Origin: Verrucomicrobiia bacterium
Lineage (GTDB): Bacteria; Verrucomicrobiota; Verrucomicrobiia; Limisphaerales; UBA11358
Reading direction: 5' to 3'
Assembly (NCBI GenBank): GCA_049692125.1
Contig: JBAVOO010000057.1
Coordinates: forward strand, 2,421 to 66,420
DNA length: 64,000 nt
The position numbers and the translations under genes were made by a program. The notes beneath the pieces are model-generated. The model saw only the letters and a list, made by a program, of their open reading frames with translations, searched no databases and was not told the DNA's origin. Positions 28,809 through 37,897 of this stretch are shown here, piece by piece (within the stretch, counting starts at the first letter, position 1; every line of letters starts with the position of its first letter).

Positions 28809-30185
28809 ATGAAAAAAATCTCTCCCATTTCCCGCAGCGGGCGGTTCGCGCATGAGGTGAGCGCGGACGTCGCGCAATTCACCGAATCCATCTCCTTCGA
28901 CCGCCGACTCTGGCGGCACGACATCCTCGGCTCGCTCGCGCACGTCAAAATGCTCCAGAAAATCGGCGTGCTGACCAAAAAGGAATTGCGCACCATCATC
29001 CGTGGCCTGAACCAAATCGCCAAGGAAATCGCCGCCGGCAAATTCAAGTGGAAACCTGAACTCGAAGACGTTCACATGAATATCGAGGCCGCGTTGACGA
29101 GACGCGTCCCAGCGGGGGCAAAACTGCACACCGCCCGCTCCCGCAATGACCAAGTTGCTCTCGACCTGCGCCTCTGGCTGCGCGACGAAATCGTAATTTT
29201 GCTTGGGGGAATCGCCGATTTGCAGCGCGCGTTGGTTTCGCTTGGCGAGAAAAACGCCGATGTCCTAATACCTGGCTACACGCATCTCCAACGTGCCCAG
29301 CCCGTTTATCTCGCGCACCATCTGCTCGCTTACGTCGAGATGCTGGAGCGCGACTGTGAACGTCTTTGGGACTGCCACTCGCGCGTAAACGTCTGCCCGC
29401 TCGGCAGTGGCGCGCTTGCCGGCTCGACTCGGCAGTTGGATCGCGAACTCGTTGCCAAAACGCTCGGCTTCGTGGACACGAGCGGCAAACCGCGCGTTTC
29501 ACAAAATTCCATGGACGCCGTCAGCGACCGCGATTTCGCCGTCGAATTTTGCGCCGCCGCCGCGTTGCTCGCCGTTCACATTTCGCGGCTCGCGGAGGAT
29601 TTGATTTTCTGGGCCAGCGCGGAATTCGATTTCATCAAAATTGCCGATGCCTACACCACCGGCTCATCAATGATGCCACAAAAGAAGAACCCGGACGTGG
29701 CGGAACTCGCGCGCGGCAAATCGGGCCGGGTCATTGGCAACCTCGTCGCGTTGCTCACGCTGTTGAAAGGGTTGCCGATGACCTACAACCGCGATTTGCA
29801 GGAGGACAAGGAACGGCTCTTCGACACCGCCGATACCATGCACGCGACTGTGCGTATCGTCGCCGCGATGCTACGGAATACGAAAGTAAATCGCGCCAAA
29901 TGCGCCAAAGCTGCGAATGACTCAGCGTTACTGGCAACCGACCTCGCGGATTATCATTCCCAGCAGTCGCTTGCCCCCCGCACAGAAGCAATTTTGCACG
30001 AACTTTTATATGCCGACCAGTATGCCAAGTATTCTGATCCGGCTACAGGAGAAATGAAACAGCCTATCAAATTACCGAGCGAAGCTGAAGAGGATGATTT
30101 GCTGCGTCGTTTCTATCAAATCCAAGCCTCTCGTGAAAAATCAAAGATGACTGCAACGTCTTCAAAAGCAAAAAAAAATATCTAA
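28809..30185 (+). pseudogene. argH: argininosuccinate lyase, first 381 codons fused to an unrelated AT-rich 77-codon tail
   Basis: Canonical ArgH up to ...ALLATDLAD (SRNDQV, GYTHLQRAQP, GSSMMPQKKNPD). After codon 381 the sequence (YHSQQSLAPRTEAILHELL...) no longer resembles ArgH. Confidence 0.85.
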
Positions 30186-30487
30186 AAAGCTAGGAAACAG
30201 AAGCTGTTCAGAAAGATTATCGTTTTGGGCAAGAAAAAGAATAGCGGCTAGAGGATTTTCCGCCATCTTGCCAATTGCTTCGCTACTTCCTTTGTTCCCG
30301 GTGCGCCAATCAAATTCCGCCGCGTCATCGCACGTTGCAAATCGAAAACGCCAGGCGTATCGCGGCCAAATTTTTCGTTTACGGATACCCATTCCTCGCG
30401 CGACAGTTTGTTGAGCTGCTTGCGCGATTTTTCGGCCAACGCCACGGCTGCACCGACTGCATGATGCGCCTGCCGGAAAGTCCCTTT
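29952..30487. other. 536-bp segment apparently inverted relative to ancestral order, bounded by imperfect 12-bp inverted repeat GAYCTYGCGGAT
   Basis: gacctcgcggat at 29940-29951 and atccgcaagatc at 30488-30499. The base composition switches at both junctions. Confidence 0.7.
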
Positions 30488-30760
30488 ATCCGCAAGATCT
30501 CGATTAACGCAGATATAGAATGCACGGATGGGATACTCGCGAAAACTCCCATCTGGGTGACGGACTTTCTTTTTTTCACCTTTCTTCCATCGAGGAAAAA
30601 TAACAGTTGGTTTTGATCTAAAAAGTGGAATGTATCGCTGGAAACTAAATTCCAAAATTATAGGCTGTAAGTAAAATCCCCTCTGTAAGGAACAAAGTGA
30701 CTGTGGCATGACCTTGCGATAAACAGTCAAGCCATTAGATTTTTTCTTGCCAACCACCAC
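30248..30760 (-). pseudogene. argH: chimeric ORF: AT-rich 91-codon 5' part fused to the ArgH C-terminal 79 codons (30251-30487)
   Basis: C-terminal ...DLADKGTFRQAHHAVGAAVALAEKSRKQLNKLSREEW...NLIGAPGTKEVAKQLARWRKIL matches the ArgH C-terminal consensus (LAD...KG.PFR.AHH.VG), on the opposite strand from the argH 5' part. Confidence 0.8.
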
Positions 30761-30800
30761 GGCTCTTAAAACTAGAGATTAATGACTCCCTGCAAAGAAG

Positions 30801-31163
30801 TCATATTGTTATTTTGGTCTTCTCTGGTAAGGGAGCGGGGCAACATTTAAGCAGCACTGAAAGCGGATCAAATTTCTTCATGCACTTTTTCAAATCCGCA
30901 GGCTTTGAAATTTCAGCTTGATAGTCCCGTTCAATGGCGGCAATTGGCCCTCCAAAGACTCTCCTCGCATCAGCCATAAAATCAGCCTTATAAATTTGCT
31001 GATTGGCTATACAATGCATAGCCACAATCCCGTATTTGTTTTTTGGAACGGGATGCGTGCAGTTTTGGTTTTTTTTCACTATAATGGGCCAATTTCTAAT
31101 TGGCCTTATGCCGGTTTCTTTTCTTTTGTTCGTTTTCGATGCCAATGCTCTCACACAATTCAA
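30801..31163 (-). CDS. hypothetical protein (AT-rich island)
   Basis: 120-aa ORF open in AT-rich DNA. No family recognised. Confidence 0.35.
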   Translation of the reverse strand: MNCVRALASKTNKRKETGIRPIRNWPIIVKKNQNCTHPVPKNKYGIVAMHCIANQQIYKADFMADARRVFGGPIAAIERDYQAEISKPADLKKCMKKFDPLSVLLKCCPAPLPEKTKITI

Positions 31164-31399
31164 ACGTTAAATCGTGCTAAACTCAATAGCATAAATTACG
31201 CCGAATCATGAAAAGAGCAAAACTGGCTTCTATTCAAACAAACCTTTAAAAAACTGTCAACCATTTTTGTCCACATTTTATTCACATTTTGACACAGTTT
31301 GCAACTCGGATTTACACATGGTCGTCCCTGTCCGCAAGCTTTTTTGACAGCATAATCCAATGCTGGCATTTATTGACTATTCCGTGTTTCATTTCCCCA

Positions 31400-31525
31400 A
31401 TGGCATCCGAACCAAAAGAATTGTTGGGTGATTTGCTCAAGGCGACGTCGCGCTCGTTTTATCTGATCCCGCTTTGCGGGACATGGCTGCCGGCGGCGGT
31501 GCATCCGCAAATCGGCCTTGCGTGA
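31400..31525 (+). pseudogene. remnant copy A of the 5' end of the squalene-synthase-like gene
   Basis: MASEPKELLGDLLKATSRSFYL...PQIGLA* parallels MAGTTNDLLRDTSRSFYLTLRVLPAAVRPQIGLAYLL of the intact gene. Nucleotide repeat about 31430-31522. Confidence 0.65.
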
Positions 31526-31529
31526 TTAG

Positions 31530-31871
31530 ATGAAATTGCCCAATGCAAACAAAGCCATTGTCGAGCGCGACAAAATCCTGGTTTATCTGCTGAACCCGGA
31601 ACATCGGATCGGCGCGAGCAAGGCGCAATTTTTCACCAAGTTCGGTTTCAGCGCGGAGAAATGGGAACAACTGGCCAAGGCGTTGCTGGTTCATGGCCAA
31701 ACACATGACGTGAAGCGGATGCATGAGACGGATTTTGGCCCGCGTTACGAAGTTGAAGGCGCATTGAAAACGCCCGACGGTCGCGAGCCGATTATTCGTT
31801 CGGTCTGGCAATGGGATAAAGGCACAGTTGCGCCAAGATTGATAACAGCCTATCCTTTGGAGGCGAGATGA
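31530..31871 (+). CDS. DUF6883-like protein
   Basis: ILVYLLNPEHRIGASKAQFFTKFGF...DGREPIIRSVWQWDKG...PRLITAYP matches my recollection of DUF6883. Overlaps the next ORF by 4 nt. Confidence 0.6.
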   Translation: MKLPNANKAIVERDKILVYLLNPEHRIGASKAQFFTKFGFSAEKWEQLAKALLVHGQTHDVKRMHETDFGPRYEVEGALKTPDGREPIIRSVWQWDKGTVAPRLITAYPLEAR

Positions 31872-32101
31872 AGATCAAAGAACATGATTGCGTGGTGTTG
31901 ACGCGTGACCTGCCGGATGAAGATTTGAAGGCTGGTGACGTGGGCACGGTGGTCCACATTCATAAGGGCGGCGTGGCTTACGAAGTGGAATTTGTCACGC
32001 TCACGGGCAAAACCATCGCTGTTGCCACGGTGGAAGCTTCCCATTTGCGTCCGGTTGGTCAACGTGACATCAACCATGTCCGCGAGTTGGCCATCGCATA
32101 G
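31868..32101 (+). CDS. DUF4926-like protein
   Basis: MKIKEHDCVVLTRDLPDEDLKAGDVGTVVHIHKGGVAYEVEFVTLTGKTIAV is a typical DUF4926 pattern. Confidence 0.6.
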   Translation: MKIKEHDCVVLTRDLPDEDLKAGDVGTVVHIHKGGVAYEVEFVTLTGKTIAVATVEASHLRPVGQRDINHVRELAIA

Positions 32102-32202
32102 CTTCGATTTGCTCAAGGCGAGGTCGCGCTCGTTTTATCTGACGTTGGCGTGCTGCCCGCCGCCGCGCGCCGCAATTCGGCCTCGCCTACCTGCTCGCGT
32201 AG
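32088..32202 (+). pseudogene. remnant copy B of the 5' end of the squalene-synthase-like gene (frameshifted)
   Basis: gatttgctcaaggcgaggtcgcgctcgttttatctgacgttggcgtgctgcccgccgcc...cggcctcgcctacctgctcgcg is near-identical to 32667-32762, with a 1-nt indel and a stop. Confidence 0.65.
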
Positions 32203-32223
32203 TCGTGAAAAATGCTTTAAGAT

Positions 32224-32517
32224 TCAGACTGTGGCGAGCTTTGCCTTTTTGCGCCAGGCGCGCTCGGCAAATTTGCGGGCTTCCTTCGCGCCGCGCAGCA
32301 GGCAGTCGGAACTGATGTCGCAATCGAGCTTCGGCCAATAGACCGAGGTGTGGCAAATCTCAAAATCGGCGCGCTCACGCCGCGTGGCGAGTTGCAGCGT
32401 GGGATAAAACGACAGCGGCACGCTCACCGTTCGCCCATCTTCCAAGCCTAATGTCAGCCGTTCGTCGGTGATTTGCACCGAGGTCACGTCCGGCGGCGGA
32501 TGGTTATTCAGTTTCAT
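32224..32517 (-). CDS. DUF2442-like protein
   Basis: VTSVQITDERLTLGLEDGRTVSVPLSFYPTLQLATRRERADFEICHTSVYWPKLDCDISSDCLL is a typical DUF2442 pattern. Confidence 0.6.
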   Translation of the reverse strand: MKLNNHPPPDVTSVQITDERLTLGLEDGRTVSVPLSFYPTLQLATRRERADFEICHTSVYWPKLDCDISSDCLLRGAKEARKFAERAWRKKAKLATV

Positions 32518-32648
32518 TCCATGCCTCGATCAATCTCGCTTCGCTAGATATGATTACGTCTGCGCTGGAAGGTTGGCAAGGCGCCAACCCAAGATTTCGT
32601 GACTTTAGCTGGCGCGAATGGCAGGAAGATTTATTCTTGGCGAAACAA

Positions 32649-33668
32649 ATGGCCGGGACAACAAACGATTTGCTCCGCGACACGTCGCGCTCGTTTTATC
32701 TGACGTTGCGCGTGCTGCCGGCTGCCGTGCGCCCGCAAATCGGCCTCGCCTATCTGCTCGCACGCACCACCGACACCATCGCCGATACCGAACTCGTTCC
32801 CGTCGAACAACGGCTTGACGCGCTCAAAAGGTTGCGCGAACGGATTTTGGGCTCGTCCACCGCGCCGCTGAATTTCAGTGAACTGGCGAAACATCAAGGT
32901 TCGCCCGCCGAAGCTGCCTTGCTGGAAAAAGTCGAGGACAGCCTCACGCTGCTGCAAACCCTTTCGCCCGCCGACCAGCAACTGGTCCGCACCGTCCTCA
33001 ACACCATCACGGGCGGACAGGAACTGGACCTGCGCCGGTTCGCCGGCGCGTCCGCCGGAAAAATTGTCGCGCTGGAAACCGCCGACCAGCTCGACGATTA
33101 CACCTGGCGCGTCGCCGGCTGCGTCGGCGAATTCTGGACGAAGATGTGCCGGGCGCATCTGTTTCCGAAGGTGCGGCTGGACGACGCGCAACTGCTGGCG
33201 GATGGCGTCCGGTTTGGCAAAGGATTGCAACTGGTGAACATCCTGCGCGATTTGCCGGCGGATTTAAAAAAGGGCCGCTGCTATCTGCCCGCGGACAAGC
33301 TGGAGCAGGCGGGATTGATTCCGGCGGTTTTGCTGTCGCCGGTGAACGAGGTGAAATTCCGTCCACTATTTCACGAATATCTCGACCGCGTCGAATCGCA
33401 CCTGGCCGCGGGCTGGGCCTATACGAACACGCTGCCGTTCGGCCAGGTCCGCGTGCGGCTGGCCTGCGCGTGGCCGATTTTGATTGGCATGAAAACGATT
33501 GAAAGACTGCGCGCCGGCAGCGTGCTTGACCTGCAGCAGGGCGTCAAAATTTCCCGGGCCGAAGTGCGCGGGATTTTGCTGCGTTCAACACTGGCTTACC
33601 CGCTGCCGGAGGTGTGGCGAAAATTGTTTTCCACGACTGGAAAAGCTGTTGCATCCGGTGAGAAATAG
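32649..33668 (+). CDS. squalene/phytoene synthase family protein (HpnC/HpnD-like)
   Basis: SRSFYLTLRVLP, YTWRVAGCVGEF and NILRDLPADLKKGRCYLP motifs of the SQS_PSY family. Start at MAGTTNDLL. Confidence 0.8.
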   Translation: MAGTTNDLLRDTSRSFYLTLRVLPAAVRPQIGLAYLLARTTDTIADTELVPVEQRLDALKRLRERILGSSTAPLNFSELAKHQGSPAEAALLEKVEDSLTLLQTLSPADQQLVRTVLNTITGGQELDLRRFAGASAGKIVALETADQLDDYTWRVAGCVGEFWTKMCRAHLFPKVRLDDAQLLADGVRFGKGLQLVNILRDLPADLKKGRCYLPADKLEQAGLIPAVLLSPVNEVKFRPLFHEYLDRVESHLAAGWAYTNTLPFGQVRVRLACAWPILIGMKTIERLRAGSVLDLQQGVKISRAEVRGILLRSTLAYPLPEVWRKLFSTTGKAVASGEK

Positions 33669-33683
33669 GCGTAGAAAAACGTC

Positions 33684-34733
33684 ATGCAAATTCCCAAGTT
33701 GTTGCCCACGGTTTGCGCGGCGGTTTTCTGTGCGAGTTTCATTTCCGTCCGCGCGGACGACACTCCGGTTCAGGCCGCCGCGCGCGGGGCTTTGGAACAA
33801 AAGATGAGCGAATTGGATACGCAACAAACCCAAGCGCCGCCATTTGTCGTCCTGCCTTCCGGCGCCGTGGAGGTGCAACCAAGCCGGCCCATAACCAATA
33901 CCGTCCCCGCACAAACACCAAAACCGGCGGCCACGGCAACAACGCCCAAGCCAACCCCGATGCCCGCTGCGCCCGTTGCGCCTGAACCAAAAAGTCCGCT
34001 GGCAGAGCTTACACCCGCCACATCGCCGCCAGCCGAAACCAAGCTGGCACCGATGACGACTCCGGTCGAACCGGCTACAGCAGCGACAACCACTTTGGAA
34101 ACCAACGCTGCCCCGGCGGCTTCCGGAACGACGCCCGCTGCGCCCGTTGCGCCTGAGCCAAAAAGTCCGCCGGCAGAGCTTGCACCCGCCACTCCGCCGC
34201 CGCAAGTTGAGCCGGAGGCCCCGGCCGCCGCCACTCCAGCCGCTCCGACAACTTCTGAATCAACAACGACGGGCACAAAAGCAGTTCAACCAACCGCGAC
34301 AACTCCCGCACCGGCGGAAACCCAACCCTCGGCCCCGGCCCCGGAAACGATGCCTGCGCCCGGCGCGGAAGCGGCTCAACCCGCGACAAACACAGTTGCC
34401 CCAACCCCCGCGCCGCCCATCTCTCCGGTACCCGCTCCTGTCGCAACGCAGCCGGCGGTTCCTGCAATCACACCCGCGCCGGGCACAGTTCCTCAAAGTC
34501 CCGCGATGCCCGCCACGATAAAAGTCAAACCCGGCGTGATGAGCGCAACGAACCAGATCAACGCAATTTATACAGGAAAAGAACTGGGCTTGAAGCCAAT
34601 TGAATCGCCGCTACTGCCGGTTTCCGCAGCCCAACAGGCGCAACTGCAAGCCTTGCTCGCAAAATACAAGGCCAACCAGATCACGCCGGAGGAGTACCAC
34701 AAACAGCGCGCGGAAATCCTGGCCCAGCCATAA
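33684..34733 (+). CDS. secreted Pro/Ala/Thr-rich protein with SHOCT-like C-terminus
   Basis: Signal peptide, low-complexity PAPT repeats including a duplicated PAAPVAPEPKSP.AEL.PAT.PP unit, C-terminal LLAKYKANQITPEEYHKQRAEIL. Confidence 0.6.
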   Translation: MQIPKLLPTVCAAVFCASFISVRADDTPVQAAARGALEQKMSELDTQQTQAPPFVVLPSGAVEVQPSRPITNTVPAQTPKPAATATTPKPTPMPAAPVAPEPKSPLAELTPATSPPAETKLAPMTTPVEPATAATTTLETNAAPAASGTTPAAPVAPEPKSPPAELAPATPPPQVEPEAPAAATPAAPTTSESTTTGTKAVQPTATTPAPAETQPSAPAPETMPAPGAEAAQPATNTVAPTPAPPISPVPAPVATQPAVPAITPAPGTVPQSPAMPATIKVKPGVMSATNQINAIYTGKELGLKPIESPLLPVSAAQQAQLQALLAKYKANQITPEEYHKQRAEILAQP

Positions 34734-34750
34734 AACTGCGATTCCATCCG

Positions 34751-34784
34751 CCCGCCGGATGCGCACGTCCGGCGGGTTTTTTAT
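34751..34784 (+). terminator. rho-independent terminator
   Basis: cccgccgga-tgcgcacg-tccggcggg (9-bp GC stem) followed by tttttt, 18 nt after the stop codon. Confidence 0.75.
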
Positions 34785-34829
34785 TGCAAACCTTGAACTT
34801 TGAACTCTGAACCCTAAACTTCAGAGGTT

Positions 34830-36128
34830 ATGCATGATTTTCGTTATGTCGGCAACCGGCTGTTTTGCGAAGGCGCCGCCGTCGAGTCGCTCGCGCGCAA
34901 GTTTGGCACGCCACTTTACGTTTATTCGCAGCGCACGTTGACTGAAAATTTCCAAAAACTCGACGCGGCCCTGTCGCCGGTGAATCATCTCGTCTGTTTC
35001 TCCGTCAAATCCAATTCCAACCGGTCTGCACTGCGCGCGCTGGCGAATCTCGGCAGCGGCTTTGACATCGTCAGCGGCGGTGAATTACAGCGGGTCATCG
35101 CGGCGGGGGGCGGCCCGCGCCGATGTGTCTTCGCCGGCGTCGGCAAAACGGAAGACGAAATTGAATTTGCCCTGCGGCAGGGCGTTTATTCCTTCAATGC
35201 CGAGAGCGAACCGGAATTGCAGCGCATCAACCGCGTTGCCGCTCGCCTCAGGAAAATCGCGCCCATCGCCGTGCGCGTGAACCCGGGCGTGGACGCCTGC
35301 ACGCACGCGAAAATCACAACCGGCACTTATGAAAACAAGTTTGGCATTCAATTCGAGCAGGTCGAAGGCGTTTATGCCCGCGCGAGCAAACTGAAAAATC
35401 TGCGGCTGCGCGGCCTGCAAATGCACATCGGCTCGCAAATCACCGAAGCGGCACCGTTTGAACAGGCGGTGCGCAAAGTCCTGCCGCTTTTGAAACGGTT
35501 GCAGGAAAAATACCCGCTGGAATTTTTCAGCGTCGGCGGCGGTCTCGGCATTGTCTATAAACCCGCGCTCGCCAGCGGCGCGGCCGCCTGGTGGAAAACT
35601 TCCGCGGCGAAAAATATTTTGACCCCGCAAAAATACGCCGCGCGGCTGATCCCGCTGCTCCAGCCGCTCCGCTTGAAAATTCTCATTGAGCCGGGACGCT
35701 TTATCGCCGGCAACGCGGGCATTCTGGTCACGCGCGTCGAATTTGTGAAAAAAACCGGCCGGAAAAATTTCGTCATCGTGGACGCCGCGATGAACGACTT
35801 GATTCGTCCGGCGTTTTACGACGCCTACCACGAAATCGTGCCGCTCACCCGCAAAAATGGCGCGCTAATTTCTTCCGATGTGGTCGGGCCGATTTGCGAA
35901 TCCAGTGACTTTTTTTGCAAAGACCGCCCGTTGCCAAAAGCCGGCGAGGGCGATTATCTCGCGCTCTTGAGCGCGGGTGCGTACGGTTTTGCCCAGGCGT
36001 CGAATTACAACACCCGGCCCCGGGCCGCCGAAATTTTGGTGAATGGCCGGCGCGCCGCCGTCGCGCGCGAACGCCAGCCGGTCAAGGAAATTTGGTCGGG
36101 CGAAAAAGTTGTGGCATGGTTGAAGTAG
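34830..36128 (+). CDS. lysA: diaminopimelate decarboxylase
   Basis: FSVKSNSN (PLP Lys), GFDIVSGGEL, and a typical group IV decarboxylase C-terminus (ESSDFF...GAYG). Confidence 0.9.
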   Translation: MHDFRYVGNRLFCEGAAVESLARKFGTPLYVYSQRTLTENFQKLDAALSPVNHLVCFSVKSNSNRSALRALANLGSGFDIVSGGELQRVIAAGGGPRRCVFAGVGKTEDEIEFALRQGVYSFNAESEPELQRINRVAARLRKIAPIAVRVNPGVDACTHAKITTGTYENKFGIQFEQVEGVYARASKLKNLRLRGLQMHIGSQITEAAPFEQAVRKVLPLLKRLQEKYPLEFFSVGGGLGIVYKPALASGAAAWWKTSAAKNILTPQKYAARLIPLLQPLRLKILIEPGRFIAGNAGILVTRVEFVKKTGRKNFVIVDAAMNDLIRPAFYDAYHEIVPLTRKNGALISSDVVGPICESSDFFCKDRPLPKAGEGDYLALLSAGAYGFAQASNYNTRPRAAEILVNGRRAAVARERQPVKEIWSGEKVVAWLK

Positions 36129-36132
36129 AATT

Positions 36133-37326
36133 GTGAACAACGAATTTTCCATTGCGGCGCACTGGCCGGGCGGTTTCGATGAAGCCGGCCTGCGGCAGTG
36201 GGCGGAAGACCTGCGCCACCAGCTGCTCGCGCCACAAGTCTCGCTCGGCCTCGTGTTCATGTCGCCGAAATTTTTCCCGTTCGCCAGGCAGGCGCTGGAA
36301 ATTTTGCGCGTTCACGCCCGGATTCCGCTGCTCGCGGGCTGTTCGAGCACCGGACTGATTGCCGGCACGCAGGAAATTGAAGACGCGACCGGACTGGTGC
36401 TCGCGCTTTATTCGCTGCCCGGCGCGGAATTGAAGGATTTTCGTTTCACGCAGGAACAGGTCGAGGAGGCCAACGGCCCCGGCTACTGGCACCTGGAGAC
36501 CGGCGTCGAACCGGCGCGCACCAATGGCTGGCTCGTTTTCATTGACCCGTTCCATCTCGACGCGGAAAGCTGGATTCGTTCGTGGAACGAGGCCTATGCG
36601 CCGCTGCCCGCGCTCGGCGGTCTGGCCAGCGGCATTCCCCACCAGCAAACAACGCAGGTTTATCTGAACGGCGGCGTGTTTGAGGACGGCGGCGTGGCCA
36701 TTTCGGTCGGCGGCGACGTGCAACTGACCGGCGTCATTTCACAAGGTTGCACCCCCATCGGCGAAACGTGGACGCTCACGCGCGTGGAAAAAAATTTGAT
36801 TCATCAAATCGCCAACCGGCCCGCCTATTCCGTGCTGGCGGAGACGTTTCAAAAACTTCCGCCGCCCGAACAGCAAAAGGCCCGGGGCAACCTGTTCATC
36901 GGCCTGGTCGTCAACGAATACCTCGAAGATTTCCATCGCGGCGATTTTCTGGTGCGCAACCTCATCGGTGGTGACCCGCAGTCCGGCGTGCTGGCCGTCG
37001 GCACGTTGCCGCGCGCGGGGCAAACCATGCAGTTCCAGCGGCGCGACGCCGGCGCGGCGACCGAGGACATGAACGAACTGCTCGCGCGCGCGAAAAAACA
37101 AATTGGGAGCGCGACGATTTACGGCGGCTGCCTCTGCTGTTGCAACGGCCGCGGGAAGCACTTGTTTGGCTGCGCGAACCACGATGTCGAACTCGTGCAG
37201 GGACGGCTCGGCCCGCTCGGACTCTCGGGATTTTTCTGCAACGGCGAAATCGGGCCTGTCGGCGAAAAAAACTTTCTCCACGGCTACACCGCGTCGCTCG
37301 CGCTGTTTGTGAAAAAACAACCGTAG
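36133..37326 (+). CDS. FIST-domain sensory protein
   Basis: LGLVFMSPKF...LLAGCSSTGLIAG (FIST_N-like) and ...GFFCNGEIGPVGEKNFLHGYTASLALF (FIST_C-like). Confidence 0.7.
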   Translation: MNNEFSIAAHWPGGFDEAGLRQWAEDLRHQLLAPQVSLGLVFMSPKFFPFARQALEILRVHARIPLLAGCSSTGLIAGTQEIEDATGLVLALYSLPGAELKDFRFTQEQVEEANGPGYWHLETGVEPARTNGWLVFIDPFHLDAESWIRSWNEAYAPLPALGGLASGIPHQQTTQVYLNGGVFEDGGVAISVGGDVQLTGVISQGCTPIGETWTLTRVEKNLIHQIANRPAYSVLAETFQKLPPPEQQKARGNLFIGLVVNEYLEDFHRGDFLVRNLIGGDPQSGVLAVGTLPRAGQTMQFQRRDAGAATEDMNELLARAKKQIGSATIYGGCLCCCNGRGKHLFGCANHDVELVQGRLGPLGLSGFFCNGEIGPVGEKNFLHGYTASLALFVKKQP

Positions 37327-37399
37327 GCCGCCCGGAACATTGCGGTGGGGAATAATTCGCCATTGCTTTTGCCCGCTGGCACGTCATGCTCCAAACGGA

Positions 37400-37828
37400 A
37401 TGTCCCCAGCGGAACCATCATCCGAGACGAATCGCCCCGCGCAACCCCGGGAACCGGGCGGCGGACGCCGGCGCGGACATCGCGGCGGACGCGGACGCGG
37501 TCCGCGCCGGGCCGGTCCCACCTTGCAGCCGGCACAGCCGACGGGCATGCCTTCCGAAGAAGCGCCCGCGCCCGGACAAAAATCTCCAGCCCCGGCTCAT
37601 GCCCGGACGGTCCCTTCCGCCATCAGCCAGGCCGTGAACGAAGTGATGCAAATTGTCGAATCCTTGAGACAGGCGCTCAATCAAATGGAGGATGTTTTGG
37701 AACTGGTCGAACACGCCGAGCGGCAAAAGCTCGCCGACGAACGCGAAATTGAATCACTGCGCCGCGCTTTGCGCCAGTTGCAACAGCCGAGAAGCGGTCG
37801 GGGCGAACGGCGCGAACACGACGTTTGA
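37400..37828 (+). CDS. hypothetical Arg/Pro-rich protein with C-terminal coiled coil
   Basis: ORF 37340..37828. The start is uncertain. No family recognised. Confidence 0.35.
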   Translation: MSPAEPSSETNRPAQPREPGGGRRRGHRGGRGRGPRRAGPTLQPAQPTGMPSEEAPAPGQKSPAPAHARTVPSAISQAVNEVMQIVESLRQALNQMEDVLELVEHAERQKLADEREIESLRRALRQLQQPRSGRGERREHDV

Positions 37829-37897
37829 AGTGATTCTTCCGTGCAGAAATGGACGCTGGGACCAGCTCTCGGGGGGCAAGGTGGCGGCCAGTCTGAA

